This document shows, one piece after another, positions 63,296 through 64,000 of a stretch of 64,000 nt of DNA. This stretch comes from Callorhinchus milii (lineage: Eukaryota): the NCBI RefSeq assembly GCF_018977255.1, contig NW_024704743.1:30196001-30260000 (forward strand). The letters run 5' to 3'. The position numbers and the translations under genes were made by a program. Within the stretch, counting starts at the first letter, position 1. Each line of letters starts with the position of its first letter. The notes below the pieces were generated by a model. It was not told the DNA's origin, made no database searches, and saw only the letters and a list, made by a program, of their open reading frames with translations.

Positions 63296-64000
63296 TTTGT
63301 TTCAGAAAGGGCAGGTGCCAATTTAGCCAACGGTTAAATGAGTAATCTACATCTTTGTCAAGCCTATAGACAAAATTGGAATGAAAAATAAAGCTATGAA
63401 GAACATTGCACCATTACCTTGTTTCAGTGTCACTCCCACAGCTCTGCTTTTGCAAATTAAATATTCACATTACACTAGAGGAGTTGTGTAAAATAAATAT
63501 TTCTAAAGTAGTGAATAGAAAAATAACAGCTTGGGAGACATTCAGAAGCAGGAACCTAGCTTTCAGATTAAATTGTCCTACAGAGGCTACACTTTAACCA
63601 ATTACCTATTCATTCCCATTTAATCTAATTTATCCACTAAACCCAAATCTGATGGAAAATTTTTCCCACTGGATAAGACTGAAGCCGAGGTTATACTTCC
63701 CAATCCAAATCATCCTTGCAGCGAGAGCTTATGAAACATAGATATGCTATTTGTAGAGCTCAGCACAACGTAAACTACTCTTTAATGTTATTAAAGAGCC
63801 GTTGCATGATCAGCTCTTTAATAATATTAGAAAAATGTCAGCTGAAAGCTCCCACGCGTTTAATAGACCTTTAACTTGACCATAGGGGAGTGTGAATTTA
63901 TTTATACTTAAGCTCCAAATTGCATGGCTCTTGAAACCTCCTCCACCACATGAATCCCTGAAACCTCCTACACAATGTGAGTTCCTCCAATCTCATGAAA

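Overview
Eukaryotic, vertebrate-type non-coding DNA (intergenic, or inside a very large intron). I recognise no host protein-coding exon. The ORF-track entries are either decayed retrotransposon fragments or chance ORFs. The repeat content points to a cartilaginous fish, probably a chimaera; this is inferred from recalled repeat families, not from a search. The window holds about 40 copies of tRNA-headed SINEs that share an L2-like 3' tail ending in (TTA)n, in three structural variants. It also has many 5'-truncated L2 LINEs with (TTG)n tails (the longest, 56110-57880, keeps RT motifs), CR1 LINE fragments and a few older AmnSINE2-like SINEs. The most notable observations are: (1) an unclassified non-coding ~550-600 bp repeat family in 5 copies with a structured 5' end; (2) a SINE/L2 tail stem-loop with a fixed stem and variable loop; (3) a perfect 30-bp-arm hairpin; (4) a near-perfect 61-bp inverted CR1 tail pair; (5) at least seven old fold-back (MITE-like) palindromes; (6) a ~430-bp local duplication; (7) a degenerate Penelope-type hammerhead palindrome. 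I found no convincing new multi-gene system. Boundaries of old repeats are approximate (about ±20 bp).
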